Positions 12,619-25,750 are shown, counted from the first letter of the stretch. The stretch is DNA of 62,217 nt from Chiloscyllium plagiosum (GCF_004010195.1 NC_057710.1:90664171-90726387); one strand, 5' to 3'. Numbers and translations are program-made. Notes: generated from the sequence alone by a model not told the origin.

Positions 12619-13139
12619 AGATATTTTTATCAACCAGTTCAGACATTTTGCAACACATGCATGTGACAGGTGGGACTTGAGATAGCCCAGAAGTAGGCAC
12701 ACTACGAATGTCTGGGCAGGTAGGATCTGAACTACCACTGCACCAGAAGAGCCCTCATAAGGTGCAATAGTATCATTAATTCAATAACTAAAAATCAATA
12801 CGTGTTGATAGATGTTATGTTATTGCCTTAAAAGTGATCAGAATGATTGAGTCCTCCAAGCTGAATGAATCTGAAGTGACGAAGCACACTGTCCAAAGTA
12901 AAAGTCAAATGTATGACCGTAATATTTCAAATGAAGCATTAATTAATTTGAATTTCTAAAAGGAACCAAGAGGATGAAGCTGTTAAAAATTCTTCCAATG
13001 CAATTTCTCACAACTTAAACATTACTAAAAATAAAATTAAAAATGTTCACAAAAAAGCCCCATCAAATTCTTCAACCAGACTTATTTGGAGAGTAGATGC
13101 CACATGTGTCACTGGCTTACACCATTTTCAAATTCCTAC

Positions 13140-15297
13140 TGTGGTGATTGTAGCAAGGACAGCCAGATGGACTTCATTGAATGAATTGCCTGATTGGAGC
13201 TGTTAAACTGGTCCAAATAGGGAGCCCTTGCTGATGGACAAACAGGAATGGGAGATGTTCTGCTTACTCAGAGAGCTGGCTTTGAGGAAGCCAGACCAGT
13301 GTCAAGTACTATGCATGTCTAAATAAAGGATGACTTGGTGATGGGACACTGGCCTCTGTGGAGTTATTTCAGTGACGGCGAGAGGAAATTCTGAAGAAAT
13401 TCGCTTGCAACAGCCATCTTTGAATTGAGGTAAGCATTTCTGGCATCATGCCATTATTTAGGAAGGTTGACTTGTTCGAGCCTGCTGTCAAAGGTTAGGC
13501 CCAGAGGGTGAAAAGAACTCATTTTTTTTTCCCAGGCAAATGACATTGGGGCAGATAAAAAGCAATGAGTAATTTTCCTGTGGACCCATAACTTTTTCAG
13601 TTATTAAGAGCCTAATATTTCCTAACACACCAGATACCAAAACATTTCAAGATGGATTTAGTTAAGGAATATTACAACCGCAAGTCTCCTCTAATTCTGA
13701 GATGCTATCAGGCTTACTCAGCAGTTCGAGAATGAGAGGAATCCAGGTCAGGATTTTTGATGAGGTTATGACAAGTGGCAGAGGCATGTGACTTTGGCTT
13801 AACCCTTAATGACATGCTGAGAGACCATTGGTATGTGGAATTAATTATGTAATTGTGCAAAAGCACCTACGAGCTGAAGCCCAAGTGGATTTCAAACAGG
13901 CCCTACAACTGAGTCTGTCATTAGAAAATATGGCAAGTAGAACGCACGCATTACAAGGTATGCTGATGGAAGTGGACACCGTTGCCTGGCCGACTGAGCT
14001 TGAGGGAACACCATTTGGGCAAAGGCAATTGCATAGCCATACTCAGAACATATCCTCACCAGATGGACTTTAGATCAGTCCATAGAAAATCCCCCAAAAC
14101 AAAGCTAAGCCTCAGTGACATGGTTATCATTTTCTTCAGGATTCGGGCCGGCAAGCCACTGAAGTTGCTGCCAGTATGAGGACCTGAGACAGCAAAAGAA
14201 TCCCACTCAGCCTGAATTGAGTAAGATAACTCATGGGCTAGTATCCAAGAGAGTGCACACCCTGGAAAGCTCACCTATATCTGGCTTGGAACAATTGAAT
14301 TGCTGAGCAGCATCCAAATCAGAAACAATCAAAATAAACTTTTGGTTAAATGGTCACCTGGTTCTGATGGAGGCCGATACTGGCACAATTGTTTCAGTGA
14401 TCACAGTGCCAGTCTTTAGCAAAATTTGATCTTGACTGCAACCTTTAAGTTTGGGCAAGACCTCAGCTAGACTGAGAACCTATACTGGGAAACCTTTGTA
14501 GATTCAGCATAAAACTTCGGTTCTGGTCTCAAATAAGAAGCAACTGGTTCACTTACCACTGACATCACATGCCCAAGCCTGACGGGATGAAACTGGTCGC
14601 AAAAGATTCACCTTGAGTGGCTCAACAACTTGCGATTAAAAAATGGCTGCCTGAGTGAAGTTCAAATTAAATATCCAGAAGTTTTTCAGGAAGCTCAAGG
14701 GACTATTAAAGGAACCAAGACAATTCTACAAGGCCCACCCAGTGCCTTTTGCCTGATATGCAAAAGTAGAGGTAGAAATCAGGAGGCTAGAAAGTGAACG
14801 AATCATCAAACCTGTAACTTGTGGAATGTGCTGCACCTGTTGTACCAATTGTGAAGCCTTACAGGACGGTTTGTCTTTGTGGGGATTTTAAACAAATGGT
14901 AAACTGCTTCTCGCAGTTGGATAAATACCCAGTCCTTCATGTAAAAGAGTTAACTATATACGTAAAGCTGGCTGGGCAGGGCTGTCCTTCCTTTAACTGG
15001 ACAGGAGTCATCTGCACCTGCTATTGCAGATCGATTCCCCGAAGTATTCTACAATTAATACACATAAAGGATTGTATCATATACAAGACTCCCATGTGGG
15101 GTATCAACAGCCTGTGCCATTTTTCAGTGGATAATGGAGAACATTTTACAAGATCTACCCCAGGTCTCCAGTTATCTGGATGATGTGCTGAAAACAGGGA
15201 AAAGCAATATAGAGCAATTCGAGATTTTGGACAGAGTTCTTAGACACTTCTCCAAGGTGGGCTTATGCTTTAGAAGGGAAAAATGTGTGTCCCAGAT
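13140..15297 (+). mobile_element. Gypsy LTR retrotransposon remnant (5' LTR ~13140-13371, PBS, gag, protease, RT), 3'-truncated
   Basis: TG...CA LTR with AATAAA, then a TGGCGACGAG-like PBS (GTGACGGCGAG). Gag pieces (LRDHxVCGIN), protease DTG near 14375, RT AAPVVPIVKP..LCGDFK and YLDDVL. Many stops. Confidence 0.88.
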
Positions 15298-15719
15298 ACG
15301 TGGGGTATGTGGTGAGGAACTATGTGAGTGGGGAGGGGAGGAGAGACCTATGACACGAGTGGTGGTGATAAACATTGGGCAGACACCTGTGAGTGACAGG
15401 AGGAGAGAGAGAAGCTGTTTCACTCATTTTTCCTTTCCACTGGATATTATCAGGACAGGATTCAACCTTAATGAGATCAGTTAGGCCATGACCACCATCA
15501 AAACAAAAATTCTGAGATTTAACCATGCAGTTATTAGAACTTGGTTGGAGCACTACAGCAGCCTCCGAGCTGGTGACCCCAAAATGTTGGCTGGTGACTG
15601 TGACCCACGATTTGAACTCCTGTGCACAGTACCTCAAAGTGAAATTCTTGTTTTTCAAGAAAATTTGTCACAAAGCTATGGATTTATCATATTATTTTAT
15701 ATCAAGTTCTAACACTAAC

Positions 15720-15826
15720 CTGCATAAACTACAATTCCAACAACAGCCTCAGTATTCCTAATGGTACAACCTCGAAGCAAAAGATTGTTCTTACTGAGAC
15801 CAACCCGCTCTTTATTTTGATGTACC
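15720..15826 (-). CDS. ATP10D: ATP10D exon ([35 protein letters not shown])
   Basis: 107 nt, not in the ORF track. GCAG| acceptor, G|GTTAGT donor. Contains the [12 protein letters not shown]4-ATPase motif. Confidence 0.96.
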
Positions 15827-16917
15827 CTGCAAATTTTCATAAATGACAATGGTTAATAAGGAAAAAGCAACAGGCCTAGTTATATTTTTTCTAAAAATTT
15901 ATACAGATAGATTTCAGAGAAACAGCTTGAGAAAGTGTATATATACAAATTTGTACCATTAAACAAGACTGCTATCTTGTATAAAGAGACTGAATTAATT
16001 ACTCATTGCTTGCCTCTTCAATAATACTGCCTAGAAATTTAGAAAATTTTAGAAATTAGATTAATGTGACACAACAATTAGAGTAAATTCTGAACTTAAA
16101 ATCAACTTTTTGAAGTTAGACATCCTGATCTTCCCCAATGAATGTATCGCTCATAAATATTTTCCATGAGTGAAACCTTTTCTAAACAATTTATTAAGGA
16201 TAAACATTGTGGTGTTGGAGGAAAAATAAGAACAGTTATGAAGTCAGGACAAATACTTGCATTTTATGAAGCCATTAGAAAGCAAACATTCCAAGAAACT
16301 TCACAAGTGTGAGGAGAGTTTTGGAGGAGCGTGGGGAAATGGCAGTGAAATGACAAAAATAGATTTTAAGTCAGCTTTTGAAAGGTTAGAGGATTCTAGC
16401 AAGGCAGAGAATTTCATAATGCCAGCTTTTAACACCAGTGACAGACCCTAACATGGAGAACAAAGATTTGAGAACAGGTAGAGCAGTGAAGCAGCAAAAC
16501 AGTGAAGAAATATTATTGGCAAGCATAAAGATTTTAAAGTCAAAATATTAAGAAATAGGAAACCAATAAAGATGTGGAAAGAGAATATTGTCAGTGAAAA
16601 CATTGCCAAAACATCGATTGCAGCATTATCACATGAATTGTTACTTGTACAGGATGCAGTTCAGGATGCCACAATTAATATTTGAAAAGCTGAGATTCAA
16701 AGTGACATGGGCATGAATGTCAAATTTAGTGTATTGAAAGTGAAGAAAGAGGGTAAATGGTAATAATTTATGGGTGACAGTCGGTGACGTTAAGTTTGAA
16801 GTCCAGTCAAGTAAGACATCAAAATTATGCAACATTCTATTTTGATCCAATTCTGAAAGTCTTCATTTTCAAATTTTCAAATCTTTCTTAGTTAGTTGGG
16901 AAACACACAGCACTTAC

Positions 16918-17003
16918 ATATAACCTTTAAACTTGTTTAGATCATTGTTCGGACTTTCACATTCTATTCTGCTGGTGAACTGCTCAGGATCAGCTTCAGA
17001 CCC
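16918..17003 (-). CDS. ATP10D: ATP10D exon (GSEADPEQFTSRIECESPNNDLNKFKGY)
   Basis: 86 nt, not in the ORF track, translated by hand. TTTTTATACAG| acceptor, AT|GTAAGT donor, phase 0-2. Confidence 0.95.
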
Positions 17004-17229
17004 CTGTATAAAAAGCAATTATGTAAGGACAAGTCAATTCATTTTATTTATATAATTCTCAAATGTCATCTGTAGGACATTAGAACACCTCTGCTCTTGC
17101 TATGACTTTCTACCTAGGCAACAAGAAATAGTCAGAGAAACATATATAGGAATTACAGTAGAAGTTTCTTAAATAATGGATGGCTCGTGGGTATGTATGA
17201 ACAGGAGTTAAAGTTACTGATTTTTCAAT

Positions 17230-18040
17230 ATTCAGGCAAGTAAGCTGTCAAGAGGACAGAGAGTCTGCAGAAAGTTATAGACAGAAAAAACAAATGGACA
17301 AAAATTTGGCAGCTGGAATATCACATGGAAAATATAAGGCTGCCCACTTTGACAGGAAGAACATTTACTATTCAAATGAAGACAGACTTCAGAACTCAGA
17401 GATACAGGGTGAACTAAGTGGTTGGTTTGCAGGTTTAGCAAGTGATTAGGAAGTTAAATGGAATGTTGGTGTTTATTACAAGGAAAATAGAATACAAGAA
17501 TTGGGAAATTTTACTGCCGATGTACAGGGCCTTGTTAAGACCACATCTGGGGCATGGTCTCCTAATTAAGAACTGACAAAGCTACATTAGAAGCAGTTCA
17601 CTTAAGGTTTCACTTGTTTAGGTTGTGAGTACTTACCTTATGAAGAAAGCCTTTCATGTTGAAGTTGAGAAAATGAGATTCTGAAGGGACGATAATGTCG
17701 AGTCTGAAAGGATGTTTCCTCTTGTATAAGATACTAAAACTGGGAGTCACAATTTAAAAATATGAGGCCTAGCTATTTAAGATGGAGATGAAGATGAAGA
17801 TAAAGATAACTCTTTTCTCTCAAAATATTGTTAGTCAGTGGAATTCTCTGTCCCAGAAACCAGAGAAGACTCTAGTTGCATTTACTAACATAAATTTAGT
17901 AACACTGAGATATATAGATCTTTAACAGACAAGAGAGTCTACTGGAAAGTGGAGTTGAGACCACAACCAGAGCAGTACTGCTCTTATGGAATGACAAAGC
18001 AAGCTCGAAGGGCTAAATTGGCCTACTCCAAAGCCTGATG
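17230..18040 (+). mobile_element. Old CR1 LINE 3' portion
   Basis: Degenerate WQLEY, YRALLRPHL and VSQWNSL coding segments plus a CR1 3' UTR. Confidence 0.7.
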
Positions 18041-18339
18041 ATGCAATGCTGCTCTTTACAGCATACATTCACAATGTCCATAGTCAAAAGAAGGAAGATG
18101 ACTTGGAAGTTAAAAATTGTAACGATATGGTCAGTTGTAGATACCTTAGCAAAGTTGTGCAAAAGGGAAATTTTAAAATAAATAGTGGAGGCAAGGGAGC
18201 AAATGTTGAAAGATATGGTATACCAAAGGATACAGGCAAGTTGAGAGGCAAATAATAATATGGGAAATGACAACCAAAAAATGGTAGGGAGGGACAGAGA
18301 GAGAGAAAGAAAAATCTAGGAACACACCAATGAAGACTG

Positions 18340-19400
18340 GGTATTTCAAAAATTATAAGAAAAACAACCTAAAGGCTCTAAATTTGAATGCATGCAGCTT
18401 TCATAACAAAGCAAACAAACTGATAGTGCACATTAAGGAACATAAATATGATCTGATATCCATTATAAAGATGTGGCTGCAGCATCTCAATAATTACACT
18501 CTGAATATTCAGGACATCAGTAAATATAATCAGTTTGGGTGAAGATGAGGAATAGTAGGGGAAAAAGTTTCTATCTGCCCATATATACTCGTGTAATCGT
18601 CAAATTTTTTGACTATTTTTAAAACATTAAATTTATGGGATACTACTTTTGAGTGGCTGAAATTCATGGCTGTCAAAGTTCATAAAATATCATTAGCAGA
18701 AGCTCAACTGACCTCCAAACAAATGGAGAAAAAACCCAGCAAATTACAGTAATTCTTGACCGGCACACTGACTCATAAATGTTAACCTGTTATCTGTGGG
18801 GAACTCGGGTCGACTTTTACAGGAGATACATTGAAACTTCCAGACCTTCTTGGCCAAAATTAAGAGGTCGACTTGTACACGAGATCGACTATTACTTGAA
18901 TACATAAGGTAGTCAGAACAGTCCACGAGTCCCCACACAGTAAATGCAATGTTCTACAATGTTTCCAAAGAAATATGGGTGCTTCTGATAAAAGGTATGG
19001 CAATAAACAGAATGACTTTTAATCATTTAAACTGGGAAAATCAAACTGGTAGGAGAAGGCTAGACAAAAAGTTCATAGAATACTTTTGAGTTAGTTTCTC
19101 AGAGCTTCACATCCTGGAAGCGACCCAACAGTAGGTTATATTAATTTGGTATTGTATAATGTGACAGAATTAATGAATGAACTCAGGGTAAAGACATCCC
19201 TAGGCAGCAGCAAATATCAACATCCAGTTTGAGAGGTAGAAGATTGAACCAAACATTAGAATTTTAAAATAAGGAAAACTGTGTGGGCATGAAGGCTGCT
19301 GGAGCTGAAGTAAATAGGTGTACTAAGTTAGCGGATAGATTGATAGTGACTCAATGGTGGATACTTGAGGGAATGTTTAAGAATAGTTGGAATAAGTAGA
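18340..19400 (+). mobile_element. Old CR1 ORF2 endonuclease region, interrupted by a MITE (18578-18910)
   Basis: LKALNLNACSFHNK...YDLISIIKMWL resembles the APE N-terminus. Later GxFNHLNW-like sequence. Confidence 0.65.
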
Positions 19401-19769
19401 TTCTTACTGCATGGGCCGGAGGATCTGAGCTACTAGATTGGATCTTCTGGAGTAGTTTCCCTCGTTCCCCAAAGGTTCAGAAGTGACCTGACAGAGCTGT
19501 ATAAGATTGTGGGGCATAAAGAATTGATAGGGAGGCACACGCAGAAACAGTTCTGGCAGCATCTGTGGCGGGAGAAATGGAATTGACATTTTGAGTCCGA
19601 TTAAGTTGAAAGGATTTTGAAGAAGTGTTTAATCTGACTTGAAATGTTAACATTTTCTTTCTTGACAGATGATGCCAGATTTGATGAGTTTCTCCAGCAT
19701 TTTGTGTGTTTTTCATATTTCTAGCATGAGCAATATTTTGCTTTTATGTCGATAAGAAGGCACTTCATA

Positions 19770-20300
19770 GAATTGTAGATTTTAAATTGTGGAAATAGGT
19801 CTTTCAGCCCAATAAGTCTGCACCGATCCTCTGAAGAGCATCCCATCCAGACGCAGCTCTCCACACCCTATCCCCATAACCCCACATTTACTGTAACTAA
19901 TCCACCTACCCTGCACATTTTTGGACACTACAGGGCAATTTAGCATGGCCATTCATCCTGACTGGCACATCTATACACTGTGAATAATCAAGGTCTTTTT
20001 CCCAGGGTGTTGGAGTCCAAAACTAGAGAGCATAGATTTAAGGTGAGAGGGAAAGATTTCAAAGGCACCTGAGGGGCAACCTTTTCACGTAGAGGATCAC
20101 GCGTGTATAGAACAAGCTGCTAGAGAATGTGGTGGAGGCAGGTATAACATTTAAAAGGGGTCTGAGTGGGTACATGAATCGGAAGGGTTAAAATGGATAT
20201 GGGCCAAATGCTGGCAAATGGGACTAGATCAGTTTAGGATATCTGGTTGATGTGGACAAAATTTACCCAAAGGTCTGTTTCCATGCTGTATAACTCAATA
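19770..20300. mobile_element. HE1 SINE 3' part (-, ~19770-19980) abutting a CR1 3' end (+, ~19985-20300)
   Basis: Similar to the full SINE copies and to the CR1 end at 4614-5040. Confidence 0.75.
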
Positions 20301-20304
20301 ATTT

Positions 20305-21430
20305 TATGTTAACCAATTTATTGGAGTCCTTTGAAGGTGTAACATACATTGTGGACAATAGGAAGCCTGAAGTCATATTGCACTTGGAATTCCAGAAGGC
20401 ATATGATAAGGCATCACATAAAAGGCTATGCCAGAAAATAAAAACTTATGGTGTAACATATAACAGATTAGCATGGACAAAGGCTGGTTAGCTAGCTGAA
20501 AATGAAGTGTACACATAAATGGGACTACATTTGAATGGCAGCAAATGATGACTGAGTCCTACACAAATTTCTGCTAGGCCTCAACTTGTATAATATAGAT
20601 CAAATAGTTATCAGGGGATTGAAGTGTGGTGGCTAAATCTGCGGGAGACAAGATGAAGAATAGGAAACCTTGCTGTGAAGGCAACAGGAGGAGGTTGTAG
20701 ACATGTAAGGACGAATTGAGTGGGTGTACAAACACATGGTTAAAGTAGTATAAATTTTGAAAATTGAAGTTGATAACTTTTCCAGGAAAACTAAAAAATA
20801 GCAGAGCATTGCTTAAATCAGGAATGGCTATAAAATGCTGAGGTGCAGTGGAATTTAGGTGCTTCTATGCATGTGTTACAAAGACATAGTATGCAGGTAC
20901 AGCATATAATCAGGAATGCCAATGGGATGCAATCATTTATTACAAAAGGAGTTGACATAAAAATAGAAATATTATACTTCAGTTAGAAAAGCTATACTGT
21001 TGACACCATGACTTGAATACTATGGCCTTGATCTCCTTACTTAAGATAGTGTGTGTGTGTATACACACACTATATGGATTGGAGACACGTTTTAGATGAA
21101 GCTTAAAAGATTGATCAATGGAATGAGTAACTTGTCTTTTGAGGATAGGTTGGATAAGTTGGGCTTGTTCCCATTGGAGTTTAGAAGCTAAGGGGTGACC
21201 TGACTGATGTTTCGGATCAAGAATGGTTTTGACGAGACACATTTGGAAAGCATGTTCCCGCTTGTGGTGATGTCAGAACCAGGGAAAGCGGTTTTGTAAT
21301 TAGGGGTGCCTTTTTGCACTAAAATGTGAATCCTTTTTCTTTGAGGGTTTTGCAGCTTTTGAATTCTGTGCTTCAAAAGTCTGAGGAAGCAGTGTCATTA
21401 AATATTTTTAAGACAGAAGTATATATGTTC
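20305..21430 (+). mobile_element. Old CR1 RT-to-3' fragment
   Basis: LTNLLESFE..LEFQKAYDKxxH translation and downstream CR1 C-terminal remnants. Confidence 0.7.
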
Positions 21431-21767
21431 GTATACATTGGAGGCAAAGTGTGATCTGTGCCTTCTGTGGATGCAATTCTCTTCTGGAAAGGAGAATTAT
21501 GGACTTAATCCTTATAACTAGACCTGCAATTAATAAGGTGATATTTTTAGAATCTTGATTGGTTAAGGGTAACTTACCTACTTCAGATCTTTAGTGACTT
21601 AATTCATAATCATGTGCTTTTTCCCAATACTAAGTATTTATTGGTAAGCAAAACTATTTGGTTATTGTGATTAAAGAGTACAGAATTAGCAGTGTATGTA
21701 GTAGGAATTACCAAAATAGCTGTAGTTTGTTTATTGCTGACCTTTACCACCAAAAGACATATCTCAC

Positions 21768-21972
21768 CAGCTTTGTAAATCCCTTAACAACCTGTCTCTG
21801 CTTCAGGTTGGTTTCTCCATCCAAATTGGATGTTTCAATGTGGCAGATCCCATCAACATCAGTAGAATACAGCAACACCATATCTGCAGGGATGATTTCG
21901 TTGCAAGATAATCGGATGAAATCCCCAACGTGAACTTCCTTCCACCATTTCGCAAGATACATTTTTTTGTGT
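21768..21972 (-). CDS. ATP10D: ATP10D exon, actuator domain ([68 protein letters not shown])
   Basis: 205 nt, CATTCTAG| acceptor, CTG|GTGAGA donor. Contains the P4-ATPase DGET motif. Accepts both upstream phase-2 donors (AA+A=Lys, AG+A=Arg). Confidence 0.97.
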
Positions 21973-22114
21973 CTAGAATGAAATAACATCAACACCTCAT
22001 CAACAAAGGAGGTCTGCAGAGATCTGAATTGCAATTACAAATTTCACTTAAGGTATGCTACATGTGTCAGTATGAGTCATGTTTTAACAGCACCAGAAAG
22101 CGATTCATAAGAGT

Positions 22115-22815
22115 GATAGAAACATACAGCATGGAAACAGAACCTTCGGTCCAACCAGTTCAAGCCAAACATGATCCTAAACTAAACTAGTCCCACCTGC
22201 CTGCTCCTGATCCATATTCCACCAAACCTTTCCCATTCATGTACTAATCCCAATGTCTTTTAAATAGTGCAATCGTACCCACATCCCCACTTCCTCAGGA
22301 AATTCATTCAACACACTATTCACCTTCCGTGTTAAAAGAAAAATGCACCTCATGTCTTTTTTAAAATCACTCTCCTCTCACCTTAAAAATGTGCCCCCTA
22401 GTCTTGAAATTCCCCATCCTATGGAAAAGACAACTCCCATCAACTCTATCTATACCCCTCATTATTTCAAAAACTTCTTACAGATCACCTCTCAACCTCC
22501 TACACTTCAGCGAAAGAGGTCCCAGCGTATTCTGCCATTAGTTATAACTCAAACCTTCCATACCAGGGAACATCCTGGTAAATCTCTTCTGAACCCTCTC
22601 CAGCTTAATATTATCCTTCCTATAACAGGGTGATCAGAACTGGACACAGCATTCAGAACAGGCCTCACCAATGTCCTATACAACCTCAACATGAATTCCC
22701 AACTCCTATACTCAAAGGACTAAGCAATAAAGGCAAGCGTGCCATATGCCGTTTTAATCATTCCTTTCCACGTGTGACGTAAACTTCGTAGAATTATGTA
22801 CCTGCACCCCTAGGA
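22115..22815 (-). mobile_element. CR1 LINE 3' end
   Basis: Collinear with 4614-5640 (CAGCATGGAAACAGA..CCTTCGGTCCAAC terminus). Confidence 0.85.
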
Positions 22816-22969
22816 ACACAGGTTCTACATCATACCACTTCAAACAAAAAAGTAAATCACTCTTCGGAGAGAAAAAATTGGCAATTAGTGATCATTCTTC
22901 TTTGCAGAAAAGTTTTAGAAGAATAGTTTCAGAGATGAGAAACTTCAGGTATGAGAATAGACTGGAGAG

Positions 22970-23285
22970 CACGTGGGCGGCACGGTGGCACAGTGGTTAG
23001 CACTGCTGCCTCACAGCGCCAGAGACCCGGGTTCAATTCCCATCTCAGGCGACTGACTGTGTGGAGTTTGCACGTTCTCCCCGTGTCTGCGTGGGTTTCC
23101 TCCGGGTGCTCCGGTTTCCTCCCACAGTCTAAAGATGTGCAGGTCAGGTGAATTGGACATGCTAAATTGCCCATAGTGTTAAGTAAGGGGTAAATGTAGG
23201 GGTATGGGTGGGTTGCGCTTCGGTGGGTCGGTGTGGACTTGTTGGGCCGAAGGGCCTGTTTCCACACTGTAATGTAATCTAATCT
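22970..23285 (+). mobile_element. Full-length young HE1-type SINE with 14-bp TSD, inside an old CR1 3' fragment (~22920-23760)
   Basis: TSD AATAGACTGGAGAG at 22956-22969 and 23286-23299. Intact A/B boxes. Confidence 0.97.
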
Positions 23286-25489
23286 AATAGACTGGAGAGG
23301 TTGGTATTCATCTCCATGAACTGAATAAGGCTAAGAGGAGATCTGATAAAAGCTTTCCAAAAGGAGATTGGATTGGGTAGATAAGGAGAACTTGTTCCTG
23401 CGGGTGAAAGATCATAAACAAGACAGCACGTATTTAAAGTGATTTGTAAAAGAAGCAAACATGAGAAAAAAGTGTTGTGGCTTTCAAAAGAAAATTGGAA
23501 ATTGAAAATCAAAACATTTGGAGGACAGGGAGAAAGCAGAAGAGTAGGATTTGTGGCAGTTCAGGTCTGGAATGTACTATTTGCAAGTACAGAGGTTGTA
23601 TGTTCAGTTCAAGCATTTAAGAGAGCAGTGGATGATTAATTAAAACAGAAACAATGTGCAAGGTTATAGGGAAAAGGCAGAACAATGGCACAGAGTCATG
23701 ATGTTTATTTACAGAATAGCTGACGTGATGAGTTCAAATAGCCTCCTTTCTGTGACAGAATAGTGAGGGCACTGGAGACAATAATAAGGCCCGTAGTGCC
23801 TGTGTGAATTGTTTGAAGTGCAACTCAGCAAATCCCACTCATCTACTTTCTGTATAGTCTTAGAATTATCAATTTCCAATTTTCTTTTGAATGCCACAAA
23901 TGAATGTGTCCACTACACTTCTGGGCAGTGTACTCCAAATCCCAACCATGTGATAAGGGTTTTCCTCACGTCCCTGTTGATTCTTTTGCCTTACACTTTA
24001 CAATAGTGTCCTCTGGTTCTTGATCTATAAGCCAAGGGGAACAGTTCCTCTTTATCTACTGTTTGTAGCTTTCACGATTTTGAACATTTTTATGAAATCT
24101 CCCTTCAACTATTTTGCCTCCAGGGAGGACTGGCCGAGATTCGCTTTGCTGAAGTCGCTTCATCATTAGAATCATTTTCATAAATACTTTCCCAATCTTT
24201 CTAACACTTCCTGATATGATCCCAGCTGTAACCTTGGATAAGTCAGACCTCCAGATGAAACCTGATTTGAAAGATCATAAATTTTATTTTATAATTTGAT
24301 GACTATGGTTTCAGGTCACAGAACATATTCACACTAGGTCGCCAAAGTTCTTTTAACGAAAGAACATAACTTCCTTTTTTTCTTTTGTGTAAACAAGTTA
24401 TATAAGGAAATTCAGAAATATCTGTACAGAAAAGTACTGAAAAGTAAGGTTCCACTTGATTTTTCCCAGTAATGCTCTTCACAATAACTCAATCCCAATG
24501 AAGTAAACATCCAATCTCAACTTGACAACTTCTTACCCGACCTTCCAGTGCTGACAGCCTTGCCTTCATGACAATTATGATTATCTGAACTGCCATGAAC
24601 TAAACTGCTCTTCTGCTGGTATGAAACTATTCTTCTCAATAGAAATGTGGTTGTGGCCCCAGGCAGTCCTCCCTGATGTCATAAATATTCAACTTTGTAA
24701 ACATTTCAACAAATAACTTCCCAGGCAGTTTATTGGGTCATTTAGCATTTAGTGGCCTTCACAGAATGGGAAACTGAATTCTATTTTCCTTCCATTTTCA
24801 AATTGAAATTCCCAAATAATAACAACATAACACAAATGTACATCACACTTTATATCCTTCCAAAAGTATGACACCCAGAACAAGGCATAACACTCCAGTT
24901 TAGATCAGAGTAATGTTCTGTGAATATTCATCCTACCTTATGGTGTATAGAACTAAACTGAATCCTAAACTTAAAACAGAAGCAGAGATTTTTACCGGAG
25001 TAAAGGAAGACAATTTTTCCATGTTTCTCGTCAATTAAAAGTAGAGATCAAAGGAAATAGGTTGCTGACAAAGATTGGCAGGGTTGTGATGAAGCTGTAA
25101 ATATTATTTTAAAACTACAAGAAGTTGCCAATCTGCTCATTTACTTGGTGATCATAAAGATTCTGGTCTTCATTTCTGATATCTATAAAATGTCCATATC
25201 TTTGCATTTTTTGCTACACATCTCTTTCACAACAAATTGTAAATCTTCTCCATTGCATAGTGCACTATGTTTACAGTCAAGATATCTATTAGTGATACCA
25301 ACTACAATAAATAGATTTAAAGATAGTAAGGCAAGGCATCCCACAGGTTGCACTTACATTTCACCCATAAAATATAAATGCATTTCTTCAAGGGATTGCA
25401 TACGAAAAGATGCATGAAAATTTAATTATATACACAAAATGGTACAATAAACAATTTGCTATCAAACCCAGAACAGCAACCTTGACTAT

Positions 25490-25750
25490 AAACCACCTGA
25501 AGAAGCAGTGCTTCGAAAGCTAGTGGACAACCACCTGATGATGCAGCAGCACTTCAAAAGCTACTGCCTCCAAATAAACCTGTTGGACAATAACCTGGTG
25601 TTGTGCGCGTGAGTGTGCGCGCACGTGAGTGTGAGTGTAAAGGGCTATAAGTCAGTGAGAGGGTGCGTTGGTGGGTGAGTGTGTGGGGGGTGTATGTGTG
25701 AGCCTATGAGAGAGAGCTTGTGTATGAGAGAGGGTCTGTGCGAGTGTTCA
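25490..25750. mobile_element. PLE terminal fragment: tandem hammerhead-like units (+) followed by a GT/GA-rich segment
   Basis: CCACCTGAAGA...GAAAGCTAGTGG then CCACCTGATGA...AAAAGCTACTG. Downstream AATAAACCTGTTGGAC matches 48720-48750. Confidence 0.7.

Noticed and set aside
21047-21073. (TG)n-TATA-(CA)n palindrome
   Set aside because: Short microsatellite inversion inside a decayed CR1; no sign of function.
22975-23045. tRNA gene (A and B boxes)
   Set aside because: It is the tRNA-derived head of a SINE, continuous with the V-SINE core and bounded by a TSD.
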